NCBI GenBank assembly: GCA_963756875.1
Contig: CAVWPA010000003.1
Span: 800,001-864,000, forward strand
DNA length: 64,000 nucleotides
Direction: 5' to 3'
Source: an uncultured Verrucomicrobiae bacterium
Lineage (GTDB): Bacteria; Verrucomicrobiota; Verrucomicrobiia; Chthoniobacterales; UBA10450
In this document: one piece after another, positions 48,840-58,384 of the stretch
Position numbering within the stretch: the stretch's first letter is position 1
Layout: every line of letters begins with the position of its first letter
The notes under the pieces: model-generated
The model's input: only the letters and a program-made list of their open reading frames with translations
Database searches by the model: none
Told to the model about the DNA's origin: nothing
Made by a program: the position numbers and the translations under genes

Positions 48840-49958
48840 ATGACGCCTTTCCTGAGAAAATTGCTCGGTCTAAACTGGATCCTGCTGGTAGTGATGCTCG
48901 CGCTTGGCATCTTCGGCGTTATCGCGATTTACAGTGCGACTTACATGCGCGAAGACCCGGTGGCTGCCGATTTCTGGCGCAAACAGGCCAACTGGGTCGT
49001 GGTCGGCTTTTTTGCCTTCATGGTCGCGAGCCTCATCGATTACCACTGGATCCGTTGGGGCGCGTTGCCGATGTATCTGGCGGGTCTCTTCTTTTTGATC
49101 CTGACAAAGTTCATCGGCTCGAAAGTCTACGGAGCACGCAGCTGGCTCCATCTTGGGCCCATTAATTTTCAGCCGGCCCAGCTTGCGGTGGTTGCCGGGA
49201 TCATGGTGCTGGCCTTGTTCCTGAGCCAGTTCCGCCAGATGCATCCGATGCTTCGGCTGCTGGTGTGCGGCGCGATCGTCGGCGCGCCATGTCTTTTGAT
49301 TCTGATGCAACCCGACCTGGGAGAGGTCATCATCTGGGTGCCGGTGTTACTCGCGCTGTTGTTTGTTGGCGGTCTTCCCCTGCGTTACCTCATTTGCGTC
49401 ATTCTTATCGGCGTTGCTTTCGTCCCGATCGCCATCAACCTCGGCCTTAAGCCGTATCAGCAGCAGCGTATCACAGCCTTTATTAACCCCGACATCGACA
49501 AACAAGGGGCTGCCTGGGCGATCAATCAGTCGCTCATCGCGATCGGTTCCGGCGGTTGGTCCGGCAAAGGGTTCAAAGCGCCGAATACCCAGATTGAGCT
49601 CGGATTTCTCCCGGCAACCGCCGTTCACAACGATTACATTTTTTCCGCCATCGGCGAGCAGTGGGGATTTGTCGGCGGCATGTTTTTGATCGGCGCGTTC
49701 GCCTTGCTCCTGTTGACCTGTCTATTCGTCGCCTTTTTCGCGGGTGATCAATTTGGTCTGCTTCTTGTGGTTGGAATCACTGGGCTCATTTTTACGCACG
49801 TATTCCAAAATATCGGCATGACGATTTCGATGTTGCCGATCACCGGTGTGCCGCTGCCGCTGATCAGCTACAGCGGCTCCTTCGCGCTCATGATCATGTT
49901 TGCCCTCGGCGTCGTGAACAGCGTGTGGGTGCATCGAAAGTCAGTGCCGATCCATTAG
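48840..49958 (+). CDS. rodA: Rod shape-determining protein RodA (SEDS family)
   Basis: GARSW, FQPAQ, QPDLG, QSLIAIGSGG, HNDYIF, TGVPLPLISYSGS. Confidence 0.9.
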   Translation: MTPFLRKLLGLNWILLVVMLALGIFGVIAIYSATYMREDPVAADFWRKQANWVVVGFFAFMVASLIDYHWIRWGALPMYLAGLFFLILTKFIGSKVYGARSWLHLGPINFQPAQLAVVAGIMVLALFLSQFRQMHPMLRLLVCGAIVGAPCLLILMQPDLGEVIIWVPVLLALLFVGGLPLRYLICVILIGVAFVPIAINLGLKPYQQQRITAFINPDIDKQGAAWAINQSLIAIGSGGWSGKGFKAPNTQIELGFLPATAVHNDYIFSAIGEQWGFVGGMFLIGAFALLLLTCLFVAFFAGDQFGLLLVVGITGLIFTHVFQNIGMTISMLPITGVPLPLISYSGSFALMIMFALGVVNSVWVHRKSVPIH

Positions 49959-50040
49959 TCTCGCAGCGGCATTATCCCGGCAGTCTGTCCCGCGATGCGG
50001 TTTACTTTCGGCTGCTGTCGCCTAAGATCGGCCGCAAGGC

Positions 50041-50760
50041 ATGGAAACGGATTACAAGGTCAAGCTTGAGGTATTTGAAGGCCCGCTCGATCTGCTTCTT
50101 TATCTGATCAAGCGCGACGAGATCGACATCTACGACATCTCGATCGAACGCATCACCCGCCAGTACCTGGAGTATCTTCAGGCTTTCAAAGAATTGAACA
50201 TCGACGTTGCTGGCGAGTTCGTGGTGATGGCGGCCAATCTGATTTACATGAAAAGCCGCAGCCTGCTCCCGGTCGATCAACAGCCGCCCGACGAGGAGGC
50301 CGATGAAGATGACCCGCGCTGGGACCTGATTCGCCAATTAATCGAATACAAGAAATTCAAGGAAGCGGCGGCGCAATTGCATGTGCGCGAGCTGGAGCAG
50401 GAACGAATTTACACCCGGGAAGGCGATGCGGGAACCGATGCTCCGCTGCGCCTGGCCGAGGTCGGAATTTTCCAGCTCATCCATGCATTCCAGAATGTGG
50501 TCAGACGAATTGAGGCGCGCGAGGATTTGCGTGAAATTTTCGGCGAACGCTTCACGGTTTCAGAGAAGATCGAGGTAATTTTGCAACGCATTGCGAACGG
50601 TGCATCTGTCCGGTTCTCGGATCTGTTCAGCGAGGTGGTATCGCGCGTCGAGATCGTGGTCACTTTTCTTGCGCTTCTTGAGTTGATCCGCCTTAACCAG
50701 GTGCGCGCAATTCAGCGGGACATCTTTGACGAGATTGAAATCGCTTCGGCCGCGACGTGA
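50041..50760 (+). CDS. scpA: Segregation and condensation protein A
   Basis: FEGPLDLLLYLI, KSRSLLP, LIEYKKFK, TFLALLEL. Confidence 0.95.
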   Translation: METDYKVKLEVFEGPLDLLLYLIKRDEIDIYDISIERITRQYLEYLQAFKELNIDVAGEFVVMAANLIYMKSRSLLPVDQQPPDEEADEDDPRWDLIRQLIEYKKFKEAAAQLHVRELEQERIYTREGDAGTDAPLRLAEVGIFQLIHAFQNVVRRIEAREDLREIFGERFTVSEKIEVILQRIANGASVRFSDLFSEVVSRVEIVVTFLALLELIRLNQVRAIQRDIFDEIEIASAAT

Positions 50761-50776
50761 GAATTGATTCTAAATA

Positions 50777-51625
50777 ATGCAGCGGGTGCTCATTGCGGGC
50801 TGTGGCTATCTAGGACGAGCGGCAGCCGACTTGTTTCACAGTGCCGCCTGGCACGTCGAAGGGTGGACGAGGTCAACCCGTGCCGCCGGAGAACTCACCG
50901 GAAAGCCTTACCCGGTTGGGGCGGTCGATATCTCAGATCGCCGTCAAGTGGACGCCTGCAAGAGCGAATTCGACGCGGTGGTCCATTGTGCGAGCACGCG
51001 CGGAGGTGACGCGAACCTTTATCGGCAGGTTTATTTAGAGGGAGCGCGTAATCTCCTGCGCCGCTTCGCCAAATCGACAATCTTGTTTGTGAGCAGCACG
51101 AGCGTTTACGCCCAAACCGGCGGCGAATGGGTGACCGAAGAAAGCGCCGCACAACCGGAACATGAAACGGGAAAAATCCTGCTCGAGACGGAGCGGTGTG
51201 TTCTCGATCGCAACGGCGTTGTCACGCGACTCGCTGGGATTTACGGCCCCTGTCGCTCGTATCTGCTCAAGAGATTCCTGGGCGGCGAAGCGGTTATCGA
51301 TCCAAAGAACGACCGGTTTGTGAATCAGGTGCACCGGGACGATGCCGCGGCGGCGTTGTTTGTCTTATTGGATCGTTCCGCGCCGGGAGGTGAAATTTTT
51401 GACGTGGTTGACGATCAGCCGATGCTGCAGAGCGAATGCTACCGTTGGCTGGCGACGAAGTTAAATCGAGAACTCCCACCTGTCGGAACAACGGAATCAA
51501 AGCGGAAGCGCGGCGCGAGCAACAAACGAGTGAGCAACGCCAAGCTGCGCGCTTTGGGTTGGAATCCGCATTATCCGACATTCGCCGACGCGATGGAGAA
51601 GAGCGTTCTGGAGAGTTTTTCCTGA
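50777..51625 (+). CDS. NAD-dependent epimerase/dehydratase (YeeZ-like extended SDR)
   Basis: IAGCGYLG, SSTSVY, RLAGIYGP, KRVSNAKL. Confidence 0.88.
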   Translation: MQRVLIAGCGYLGRAAADLFHSAAWHVEGWTRSTRAAGELTGKPYPVGAVDISDRRQVDACKSEFDAVVHCASTRGGDANLYRQVYLEGARNLLRRFAKSTILFVSSTSVYAQTGGEWVTEESAAQPEHETGKILLETERCVLDRNGVVTRLAGIYGPCRSYLLKRFLGGEAVIDPKNDRFVNQVHRDDAAAALFVLLDRSAPGGEIFDVVDDQPMLQSECYRWLATKLNRELPPVGTTESKRKRGASNKRVSNAKLRALGWNPHYPTFADAMEKSVLESFS

Positions 51626-51652
51626 CGGTTGAAGCCCTAGGTTTCCGCCTTG

Positions 51653-51717
51653 TGTAGCCACGGCGCTCTGTCGCCGTGATTCCCCGCGTCGGCGCCCCGG
51701 CAGAGCGGGGCGGCTAC
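51653..51717. repeat. GTAG REP-like doublet (10791 family)
   Basis: TGTAGCCACGGCGCTCTGTCGCCGTG...CGCCCCGGCAGAGCGGGGCGGCTAC. Confidence 0.85.
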
Positions 51718-51777
51718 GTCCGAAAGGCGCGATTTTTTTCTCAAAATCAGGGGTATAAAAGCTGCTTTTTTTCAGGT

Positions 51778-52044
51778 GTGCGCATAATCAAGCTCACTGG
51801 CCGCGAAGCGAACGTCGTGCGGGCGATTGGTTTTGCCGAGTCTATGCTTGGGACCGAAATCCAGGATTTCACGCGCATGGAATCTGACGATGTGACCGAC
51901 ACACTAAACAGCCTGATGGCTGCGGGATTCGTCGAAAGTATTCCTTACTTCGAGCAAGTACAGCTCGCGGAAATGCCGGTGACCGCATTTGAATTGAATC
52001 CAGCGTACGCGCACGATTTGAAACGCGCGTTGTTCCGCGGTTAG
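51778..52044 (+). CDS. Small hypothetical protein, possible winged helix
   Basis: GTG start; LTGREANVVRAIG...TLNSLMAAGFVE. Confidence 0.65.
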   Translation: MRIIKLTGREANVVRAIGFAESMLGTEIQDFTRMESDDVTDTLNSLMAAGFVESIPYFEQVQLAEMPVTAFELNPAYAHDLKRALFRG

Positions 52045-53069
52045 CTTACGCCGGTCGCGGCCGTGGCCCGCGAATCGGAGGCGGCCGAGTGCTGCGCCCG
52101 CCGCTCGCCAAAGAGTTGGCGGATCACTTCTTCCACCGGCACTTCCTGGACGTTGATGTCGCTGACATGGCAGGCTTCCAACAGTTGCCGGCAGGTTTCG
52201 GTGACTTTTGCCCTCGGGACTTTCAGCTGCACCGAGACCGGTGTTTGCTCGATAATTTCGCCGAATGCCGACAAATCCCGGTCTGCTCTCTTCTCGAAAG
52301 TCAGGCTGATAATTTTGTGACCGGAAAAACGGTCGATGATCTGGGAGAGAGGACCGTCGAAAAAGATTTTGCCGTGATCGATCACGAGAACGCGATGACA
52401 AAGCTCCTCGATATCCTGCATGTAGTGACTGGTGAGCAGCGTGACAATGCGATGTTCTTCGTTGTAAATGCGAAGAAATTCGCGCACGCGTTTTTGACTG
52501 ACGACATCGAGGCCAATAGTTGGTTCGTCGAGAAACAGGACTCGCGGTTCGTGGATGAGGGCCGAGATCAACTCCATTTTCATCCGCTCGCCCAACGACA
52601 GTTCGCGCACCATCACGTTCATCTTGTCCCGGACATCGAGAATATCGGAGAGGCCGTCGACGACTTTTTTGAAACGCTGGCGGTCGATCCCGTAAATGGC
52701 GCGATTGAGTTCCAGCGATTCCTGAGCCGGCAGGTCCCACCAAAGCGCGTTTTTCTGGCCCATGAGCAAACTGAACTGGCGCTTCATTTCATTGCGCCTC
52801 TCCCATGGAACGAAGCCCAGGACGCGGGCCTCCCCGGAACTGGGGTTGAGAAGACCGGAGAGCATCTTGAGCACGGTTGTTTTTCCGGCGCCGTTCGGAC
52901 CGAGGAATCCGACGAACTCGCCGTCGTCGATCTGAAAGGAGACGCCGTCGGCGGCGCGTGTTTCCTCGTATCGCCGCCTGACGAGTCCCTTGATGGAGCC
53001 CCGCAATCCGCCCTCCTTTCGATAGGTGCGGTAAATCTTTGTCAGGTCGCGAGCTTCAATCGCGCTCAT
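52041..53069 (-). CDS. ABC-2 transporter ATP-binding protein
   Basis: GPNGAGKTT, LSLGERMK, LFLDEPT, TSH. Confidence 0.94.
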   Translation of the reverse strand: MSAIEARDLTKIYRTYRKEGGLRGSIKGLVRRRYEETRAADGVSFQIDDGEFVGFLGPNGAGKTTVLKMLSGLLNPSSGEARVLGFVPWERRNEMKRQFSLLMGQKNALWWDLPAQESLELNRAIYGIDRQRFKKVVDGLSDILDVRDKMNVMVRELSLGERMKMELISALIHEPRVLFLDEPTIGLDVVSQKRVREFLRIYNEEHRIVTLLTSHYMQDIEELCHRVLVIDHGKIFFDGPLSQIIDRFSGHKIISLTFEKRADRDLSAFGEIIEQTPVSVQLKVPRAKVTETCRQLLEACHVSDINVQEVPVEEVIRQLFGERRAQHSAASDSRATAATGVS

Positions 53070-53116
53070 ACGGCTTGGTCGGATCGACCATCAATCCAGG
53101 CCGATCTCTTCGGCCA

Positions 53117-55042
53117 TTAGGCCACGCTCGATCGGACCGGCGCTTTTTTTTGGAGAAGCGCAAGCACTTTCTCCACGAGTGCATCTGCGGTGATGCCATG
53201 TTTTTTACGCAGGATCGGGACAGCGCCGTGCTCGATGAATTCATCCGGCCAGCCGATGCGCACCACCGGTGTATTAATCATTTGCGAATGCAGATGCTCC
53301 ATTACCGCGCAGCCGAAACCGTTAAATAGAACGTGGTCTTCAATCGTACAGACCACTTCAACGCTGCGCGCGAAGAATTCGAGCGTGCCGGTATCCAACG
53401 GCTTAATCCAGCGCGGATTGATCAACGCTACGGAGATGCCTTTTTCTTCGAGTTTTCTCGCCGCTTCTTCGGCGACTTCGAACATGTTTCCCAGGCCGAA
53501 GATCGCCACGTCGCGACCGTGCTGGACCACTTCGGCCTTTCCGATTTCGAGAAGTTTTGGCTCTGCCTTCGGCTTGGCGCCGGTCCCCGCACCTCGCGGA
53601 TAGCGAATAGCGATTGGCCCGGCGCTGTAATTGGCCATGGTCCAGAGCATGTCGGCGAATTCGTCCTCGTTCTTCGGCTGCATGTGCACCCAGTTGGGGA
53701 TATGCCGCAGATAACCGATGTCGAACAGTCCGTGGTGCGTCGGCCCATCGTCGCCGCTTAAGCCTGCGCGGTCCATGCAGAGCGAGACATTGAGTTTCTG
53801 GATGGCCATGTCGTGGATGGCCATGTCGTAAGCGCGCTGAAAGAACGTAGAATAAATTGCGAGAAACGGCTTCAACCCCTGAGTGGCGAGCCCGCATGCA
53901 AAAAGCGCGGCGTGTTCTTCCGCAATTCCAACGTCGTAATATCGATCGGGATGGGCCTTGGCAAAATGGGACAGCCCGGTGCCGCTTGGCATTGCCGCCG
54001 TGATCGCGACGATCTTTCGATTCGTGTCCGCGAATTTGGCGAGCGTCTTGCCGATGGTCTCCGAATAGGTCGGAGTCGGCGCGGGTGCGGTCTCGCCGGT
54101 CTCCAGCTTGTATTTGCCGAGTCCGTGAAATTTATCGGGCTGTTTGATGGCAGGTTCGTAGCCCTTGCCTTTTTTCGTGAGAATGTGCAGCAGCACCGGC
54201 TCTTCCTGCGTCTTCAAAAATTCGAACGTTCGAATAAGCAGAGGGATGTCGTGGCCGTCGATCGGGCCATAGTAGCGGAGCCCGAGTTCTTCGAAAATGA
54301 CGCTCGGGACGAGCAAACCCTTTACGCTCTCCTCGACTTTGTGGGCAAAGTGAACGCCCGTTTTTCCGAGGATCGCCTGGATGAAGCCGCGCGCCTTTTC
54401 ATGCAGATGCGCGTAAGTGGGGCTTGCCACAATAGCGTTCAAATAGTTAGCGATGGCGCCGACGTTCTTCGCGATCGACCATTCATTGTCGTTCAGCACG
54501 ACGATGAAGCGTTTCGTGTGCGCCTTCACATTGTTCAACGCTTCGTAACTGATTCCGCAGGTAAGCGCGGCGTCGCCCGCTACGACGATGACGTTCTCAT
54601 CGCTCCCGCGCAGGTCGCGCCCGACTGCCATGCCGAGGCCGGCGGAAAGCGCCGTGCCGGCATGGCCGGCGCCATAACAATCATGCTCGCTTTCGGTTCG
54701 CAAAAGGAATCCGTTGAGACCCCCGTACTGCCGCATTGTCGAGAAGCGATTGAGACGCCCGGTAAACAACTTGTGTACGTAACCCTGGTGGCTCACGTCC
54801 ATCACAAGCCGGTCGTGCGGCGTGTTGAAAACGCGATGCAGCGCGATGGTCAGCTCGACCACGCCAAGGTTCGGACCCAAGTGTCCGCCCGTTTGTGAAA
54901 GCACCCTGATCAGTTCGTCGCGCACCTCTTGCGCCAGTTGCGGCAGGTCTTGTTCGCGCAGGGCTTTTATGTCCGCGGGCGAACGAATCCCGTCGAGCAA
55001 ACGCTTTGGCGCGGTTGTCTCCTCAGAAGAGTCTGACTTCAT
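53117..55042 (-). CDS. dxs: 1-deoxy-D-xylulose-5-phosphate synthase
   Basis: GGHLGPNLGVVELT, GDAA...LNDN TPP motif, GIAEEHA, DGPTHHG. Confidence 0.97.
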   Translation of the reverse strand: MKSDSSEETTAPKRLLDGIRSPADIKALREQDLPQLAQEVRDELIRVLSQTGGHLGPNLGVVELTIALHRVFNTPHDRLVMDVSHQGYVHKLFTGRLNRFSTMRQYGGLNGFLLRTESEHDCYGAGHAGTALSAGLGMAVGRDLRGSDENVIVVAGDAALTCGISYEALNNVKAHTKRFIVVLNDNEWSIAKNVGAIANYLNAIVASPTYAHLHEKARGFIQAILGKTGVHFAHKVEESVKGLLVPSVIFEELGLRYYGPIDGHDIPLLIRTFEFLKTQEEPVLLHILTKKGKGYEPAIKQPDKFHGLGKYKLETGETAPAPTPTYSETIGKTLAKFADTNRKIVAITAAMPSGTGLSHFAKAHPDRYYDVGIAEEHAALFACGLATQGLKPFLAIYSTFFQRAYDMAIHDMAIQKLNVSLCMDRAGLSGDDGPTHHGLFDIGYLRHIPNWVHMQPKNEDEFADMLWTMANYSAGPIAIRYPRGAGTGAKPKAEPKLLEIGKAEVVQHGRDVAIFGLGNMFEVAEEAARKLEEKGISVALINPRWIKPLDTGTLEFFARSVEVVCTIEDHVLFNGFGCAVMEHLHSQMINTPVVRIGWPDEFIEHGAVPILRKKHGITADALVEKVLALLQKKAPVRSSVA

Positions 55043-55370
55043 CGTTTTGCTTTTCTCCTTTTTCGACTGCTCCCCCGCTGGGCGGATTGGTTGTGGCAAA
55101 TTGGTTTTCAATGCCCGCATCCGGCCCCGGCTCAAAATTTTTCACCACTGGTTTACCGGTGTTGTTGCGGGCGATTATCTCGATCTTTTGTTCGGCGCTG
55201 GCAAGCCGCTCCTGGCAGATTTTTACGAGATTCATTCCCTCCTCGTAGCGAACGATTAGATCCTCGAGCGGAAGTTTACCCGATTCCATTTGCTCGACGA
55301 TTGATTCGAGCCGGTCCATCGCCTTCTCGAAGTTCAATTCGGCCCCCTGGCTTTTCGGTTTGCTGCTCAT
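55023..55370 (-). CDS. xseB: Exodeoxyribonuclease VII small subunit
   Basis: FEKAMDRLESIVEQMESGKLPLEDLIVRYEEG; adjacent to dxs. Confidence 0.93.
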   Translation of the reverse strand: MSSKPKSQGAELNFEKAMDRLESIVEQMESGKLPLEDLIVRYEEGMNLVKICQERLASAEQKIEIIARNNTGKPVVKNFEPGPDAGIENQFATTNPPSGGAVEKGEKQNDEVRLF

Positions 55371-55512
55371 GCCGGAAACTCAAACTTAAGCACAGCGCCA
55401 CCCAAGATAAAGGCGGGAGTTCCGGGTGTTGAAGCACGGCGCTGCGAATCGCACCTCCTTGCGGCATGGCCGTCCTCGTTCTTGGGACGGTAATAGCTGC
55501 AAAAGGCGGGCG

Positions 55513-55528
55513 TGGCACATCCGATGCT
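55513..55528 (+). promoter_or_regulatory. Candidate sigma-54 promoter
   Basis: TGGCACATCCGATGCT closely matches TGGCAC-N5-TTGCW, 22 bp upstream of ATG 55551. Confidence 0.55.
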
Positions 55529-55550
55529 CCCGTTTGGAACGAAACAACCT

Positions 55551-55931
55551 ATGGTAAAGTTCCCAAAGAAAATCCTACTGATCGATCATGAGCCGGGCGT
55601 TACACGCCTCATCAAGCGGGCGCTGGAAAAGGCCGGCAAATATATGGTCAGGGAGGAACGCGACGAACGGACGGCGCTGCATGCCGCCCGCTGGTTCCAA
55701 CCCGATCTCATTCTGGTCGACGCCGCAGGCCGCGACCGCCGAAATATTGAGCGACAGATTCAAACCGATGCCGCGCTCAGGGACACACCGGTGCTTTCAT
55801 TGAGCAGCCTCAAGCCCGAGAACCAAATGGTGTCCGGTGGTATCTTGAGCGGCTACAGTTTTTTCGCCGCTCCGGTCCGCATCGAAGAAGTTCTTCGCAG
55901 CGTCGAGGAGCTTCTCTTCGGTAAAGACTAA
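55551..55931 (+). CDS. Stand-alone atypical receiver-domain protein
   Basis: KILLIDHEP, PDLILVD, TPVLSLSS; conserved Lys-Pro replaced by AP. Confidence 0.82.
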   Translation: MVKFPKKILLIDHEPGVTRLIKRALEKAGKYMVREERDERTALHAARWFQPDLILVDAAGRDRRNIERQIQTDAALRDTPVLSLSSLKPENQMVSGGILSGYSFFAAPVRIEEVLRSVEELLFGKD

Positions 55932-55954
55932 GCGCTAATTGGCCGGGTCGCGCC

Positions 55955-56332
55955 CTAACCGATCTGCTGCTTGTACGCTGCTGCGTCTTTCAATTGTTTC
56001 AGATCGTCCGGATTATCGATTTTTAGGACAAAGATCCAGCCCTGGCCGTAAGGCTCGCGATTGATCAGTCCCGGATCGGCGTCGAGCGCTTGATTCGCCT
56101 CAACCACCGTTCCTTTTACCGGCGCGTAGATGTCGCTGGCGGCCTTGACCGACTCGACTACGGCAATCGCTTCTTTCGCGTTCGCCTGTCGGTCCTTTTT
56201 AGGGAGCTCGACGTAAACAACGTCGGTTAATTCAGCCTGCGCATGATCGGTGATGCCGACGCGGATCTTGTCGCCTTCGCGCTTAATCCATTCATGGCTT
56301 TCGGTGTAGCGTAAATCTTCAGGAATGTTCAT
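55955..56332 (-). CDS. gcvH: Glycine cleavage system H protein
   Basis: YTESHEW, VGITDHAQ, VESVKAAS lipoyl-Lys. Confidence 0.97.
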   Translation of the reverse strand: MNIPEDLRYTESHEWIKREGDKIRVGITDHAQAELTDVVYVELPKKDRQANAKEAIAVVESVKAASDIYAPVKGTVVEANQALDADPGLINREPYGQGWIFVLKIDNPDDLKQLKDAAAYKQQIG

Positions 56333-57408
56333 GACTGTTTGTAGAGCGGTTTTTTCTCGATCGTAGCGGGAAACTTTTGTCCCCGAATCTCAATCTCGAT
56401 CTGGTTGCCGATTTTCGCATGCGGCGCATCGATGTAAGCCATTCCAACGCCCCAATTCAAGCTCGGCGACAGCGTCCCGCTGGTGACTTCGCCGATGCGC
56501 TGGCCGTTGGCGAACACGGCGTAATGCGGTCTGGGCGGCGCTCCCTTTTCCTTCATTCGAAACGGCACGAGTTTTTGGCGCGGACCGTTCTCTTTCGTTT
56601 TAAGCAAGTCATCGCGGCCGATAAAGCCGGGCTTGGTAAGATCGACAAAAGAACCAAGACCGGCCTCGATTGGATTGCGCTCGGGCGAGAGATCGGATCC
56701 ATTGAGTGGGTAACACATTTCCAATCGCAACGTGTCGCGCGCGCCGAGTCCACACGGTTTGATACCCAGTGGTTTTCCTCTTTCCAAAACGGTGTTCCAA
56801 AACTTCACCGCATCCTGTGCGCGAAAGAAAACTTCGACGCCGTCCTCCCCCGTGTACCCGGTGCGCGCCATTGAAACGGGCATTCCGTCCAACTCAACGT
56901 CTACGATTTGATTTCGCGGCGGGAGATTAACAAAAAGTTCGGTAACGCGCGGGCCCTGGATGGCGACACCGCCGAAATTCGCGCTGCGGTTCGTCAGATT
57001 TACGTTGTTACCGCGATGTCGATCTAACCAATCGAAGTCTTCTTTCGTGCGCGACGCGTTTACGACGAGCAGAAATCTTTCCTCACCGATCCGATAGGCG
57101 ATGAGATCGTCAATGATGCCGCCGCGCTCATTGAGAAGAAAAGTGTAATGGCCGTGCCCGACCTCCAGTTTGTCGATGTTGTTTGTCAGCATCGTGTTCA
57201 GCCATCCGCGGGCGCCGTTCCCGTCGACGATCAATTGTCCCATGTGGGAAATGTCGAAGATGCCGAGAGCGTTTCGCACCGCCTGGTGTTCGTCCCCGAT
57301 ACCGGTGTATTGCACAGGCATGAGCCAGCCCGCGAATGGAACCATTCGTGCGCCCCGCTTCACATGCTCATCGTAAAGCGGCGTCTTTTTCTCCGCCGGC
57401 TCGGTCAC
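56329..57408 (-). CDS. gcvT: Aminomethyltransferase (glycine cleavage T protein)
   Basis: TPLY, FDISHMG, RTGYTGEDG, GLGARDTLRLE. Confidence 0.97.
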   Translation of the reverse strand: MTEPAEKKTPLYDEHVKRGARMVPFAGWLMPVQYTGIGDEHQAVRNALGIFDISHMGQLIVDGNGARGWLNTMLTNNIDKLEVGHGHYTFLLNERGGIIDDLIAYRIGEERFLLVVNASRTKEDFDWLDRHRGNNVNLTNRSANFGGVAIQGPRVTELFVNLPPRNQIVDVELDGMPVSMARTGYTGEDGVEVFFRAQDAVKFWNTVLERGKPLGIKPCGLGARDTLRLEMCYPLNGSDLSPERNPIEAGLGSFVDLTKPGFIGRDDLLKTKENGPRQKLVPFRMKEKGAPPRPHYAVFANGQRIGEVTSGTLSPSLNWGVGMAYIDAPHAKIGNQIEIEIRGQKFPATIEKKPLYKQS

Positions 57409-57537
57409 GCGCCAAGCCTAAACGCCAATCGAATGAACGTAAAGATCGCGCACCGGGTGGGTCACGTGCACGCGCTCGGAGAATTGCGGTTCACATCCGC
57501 TTGCAGACGAATCGAGTGCCTTTACCGTGCCGCAACA

Positions 57538-58320
57538 ATGACTGTTCTCGACAAACTCGAGCGCCGTTTGGGTTTTCTTGGGATTCCAGGATTACCGCGC
57601 ATTCTGGTTGGCTTTGCCGCGCTGGTGTTTTTTTTAGCCCGTCTGTTCCCAGGCTTTACTTCGATGCTCGATCTCGATCCCGCGCGGATCTTGCATGGCG
57701 AGGTCTGGCGCCTCGTCACATACATTTTCATTCCTCAGACCCTCAGCCTGTGGTGGATTCTCTTCGCGCTCTGGTTTCTTTGGTGGATTGGCGAAGGGCT
57801 CGAACGTGTCTGGGGCCCGTTTCGGTTTACGCTTTATCTGGTGGTCGGGATGATCGGCACCACGGCTGCGGCGTTCTTCTTTGGCAGCAATTTTTCCAAC
57901 ACCATGCTGATCGCTTCGCTGTTTTATGCGTTTGCCTATTTTTATCCGGACGAAGTCATCTATCTGCTGTTCATTTTGCCGGTTAAAATCAAGTGGCTGG
58001 CCTGGATTCTGGCTGCATTGCTTTTGCTCGGATTTCTCGTAAACACGAACTCGTATCGCATCGCGTTGATTGCCGCGTTCAGTAATTACCTGCTCTTTTT
58101 TGGCCCGGAATACGTCTATGCCGCCCGGCACCGTCACGAAGTCTCGTCACGCCGGAGACGTTTTGAGTCGCAATCGCGGAGTGAAACGGAGTCGCTTCAC
58201 AAGTGCGCGGTCTGCGGTGCCACTGAGCTGAGCGATCCGAATCTCGAGTTCCGCGTCGCGCGCGATGGCGAGGAATATTGCATCGCCCATCTGCCGAAGG
58301 CGCAAGCGCCGGCGCAGTGA
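57538..58320 (+). CDS. Rhomboid/Derlin-like membrane protein with C-terminal Zn-finger-like tail
   Basis: GEVWRLVTYIFIP, GEGLE..WG, PVKIKWL, HKCAVCG...YC..H. Confidence 0.75.
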   Translation: MTVLDKLERRLGFLGIPGLPRILVGFAALVFFLARLFPGFTSMLDLDPARILHGEVWRLVTYIFIPQTLSLWWILFALWFLWWIGEGLERVWGPFRFTLYLVVGMIGTTAAAFFFGSNFSNTMLIASLFYAFAYFYPDEVIYLLFILPVKIKWLAWILAALLLLGFLVNTNSYRIALIAAFSNYLLFFGPEYVYAARHRHEVSSRRRRFESQSRSETESLHKCAVCGATELSDPNLEFRVARDGEEYCIAHLPKAQAPAQ

Positions 58321-58384
58321 AGCGGATGGCCCCCCGCGATCCACCTTTGCTTGACCAGCGTCCAGCGAAGCGGAAACTAGCGCA

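Noticed and set aside
52089..54898. Long antisense ORFs (52089-53120, 53813-54898; also 40443-41366, 3582-4442)
   Set aside because: Shadow ORFs opposite well-conserved genes in GC-rich DNA, with no recognisable motifs.
55395..55417. Possible fifth mini-element copy (minus strand CCGCCTTT...TGGCGC)
   Set aside because: The 3' end does not match and no interrupted host structure is visible.
57409..57537. Glycine riboswitch upstream of gcvT (or gcvP)
   Set aside because: No recognisable aptamer consensus in the short leaders; the gcvP upstream structure is a REP doublet.
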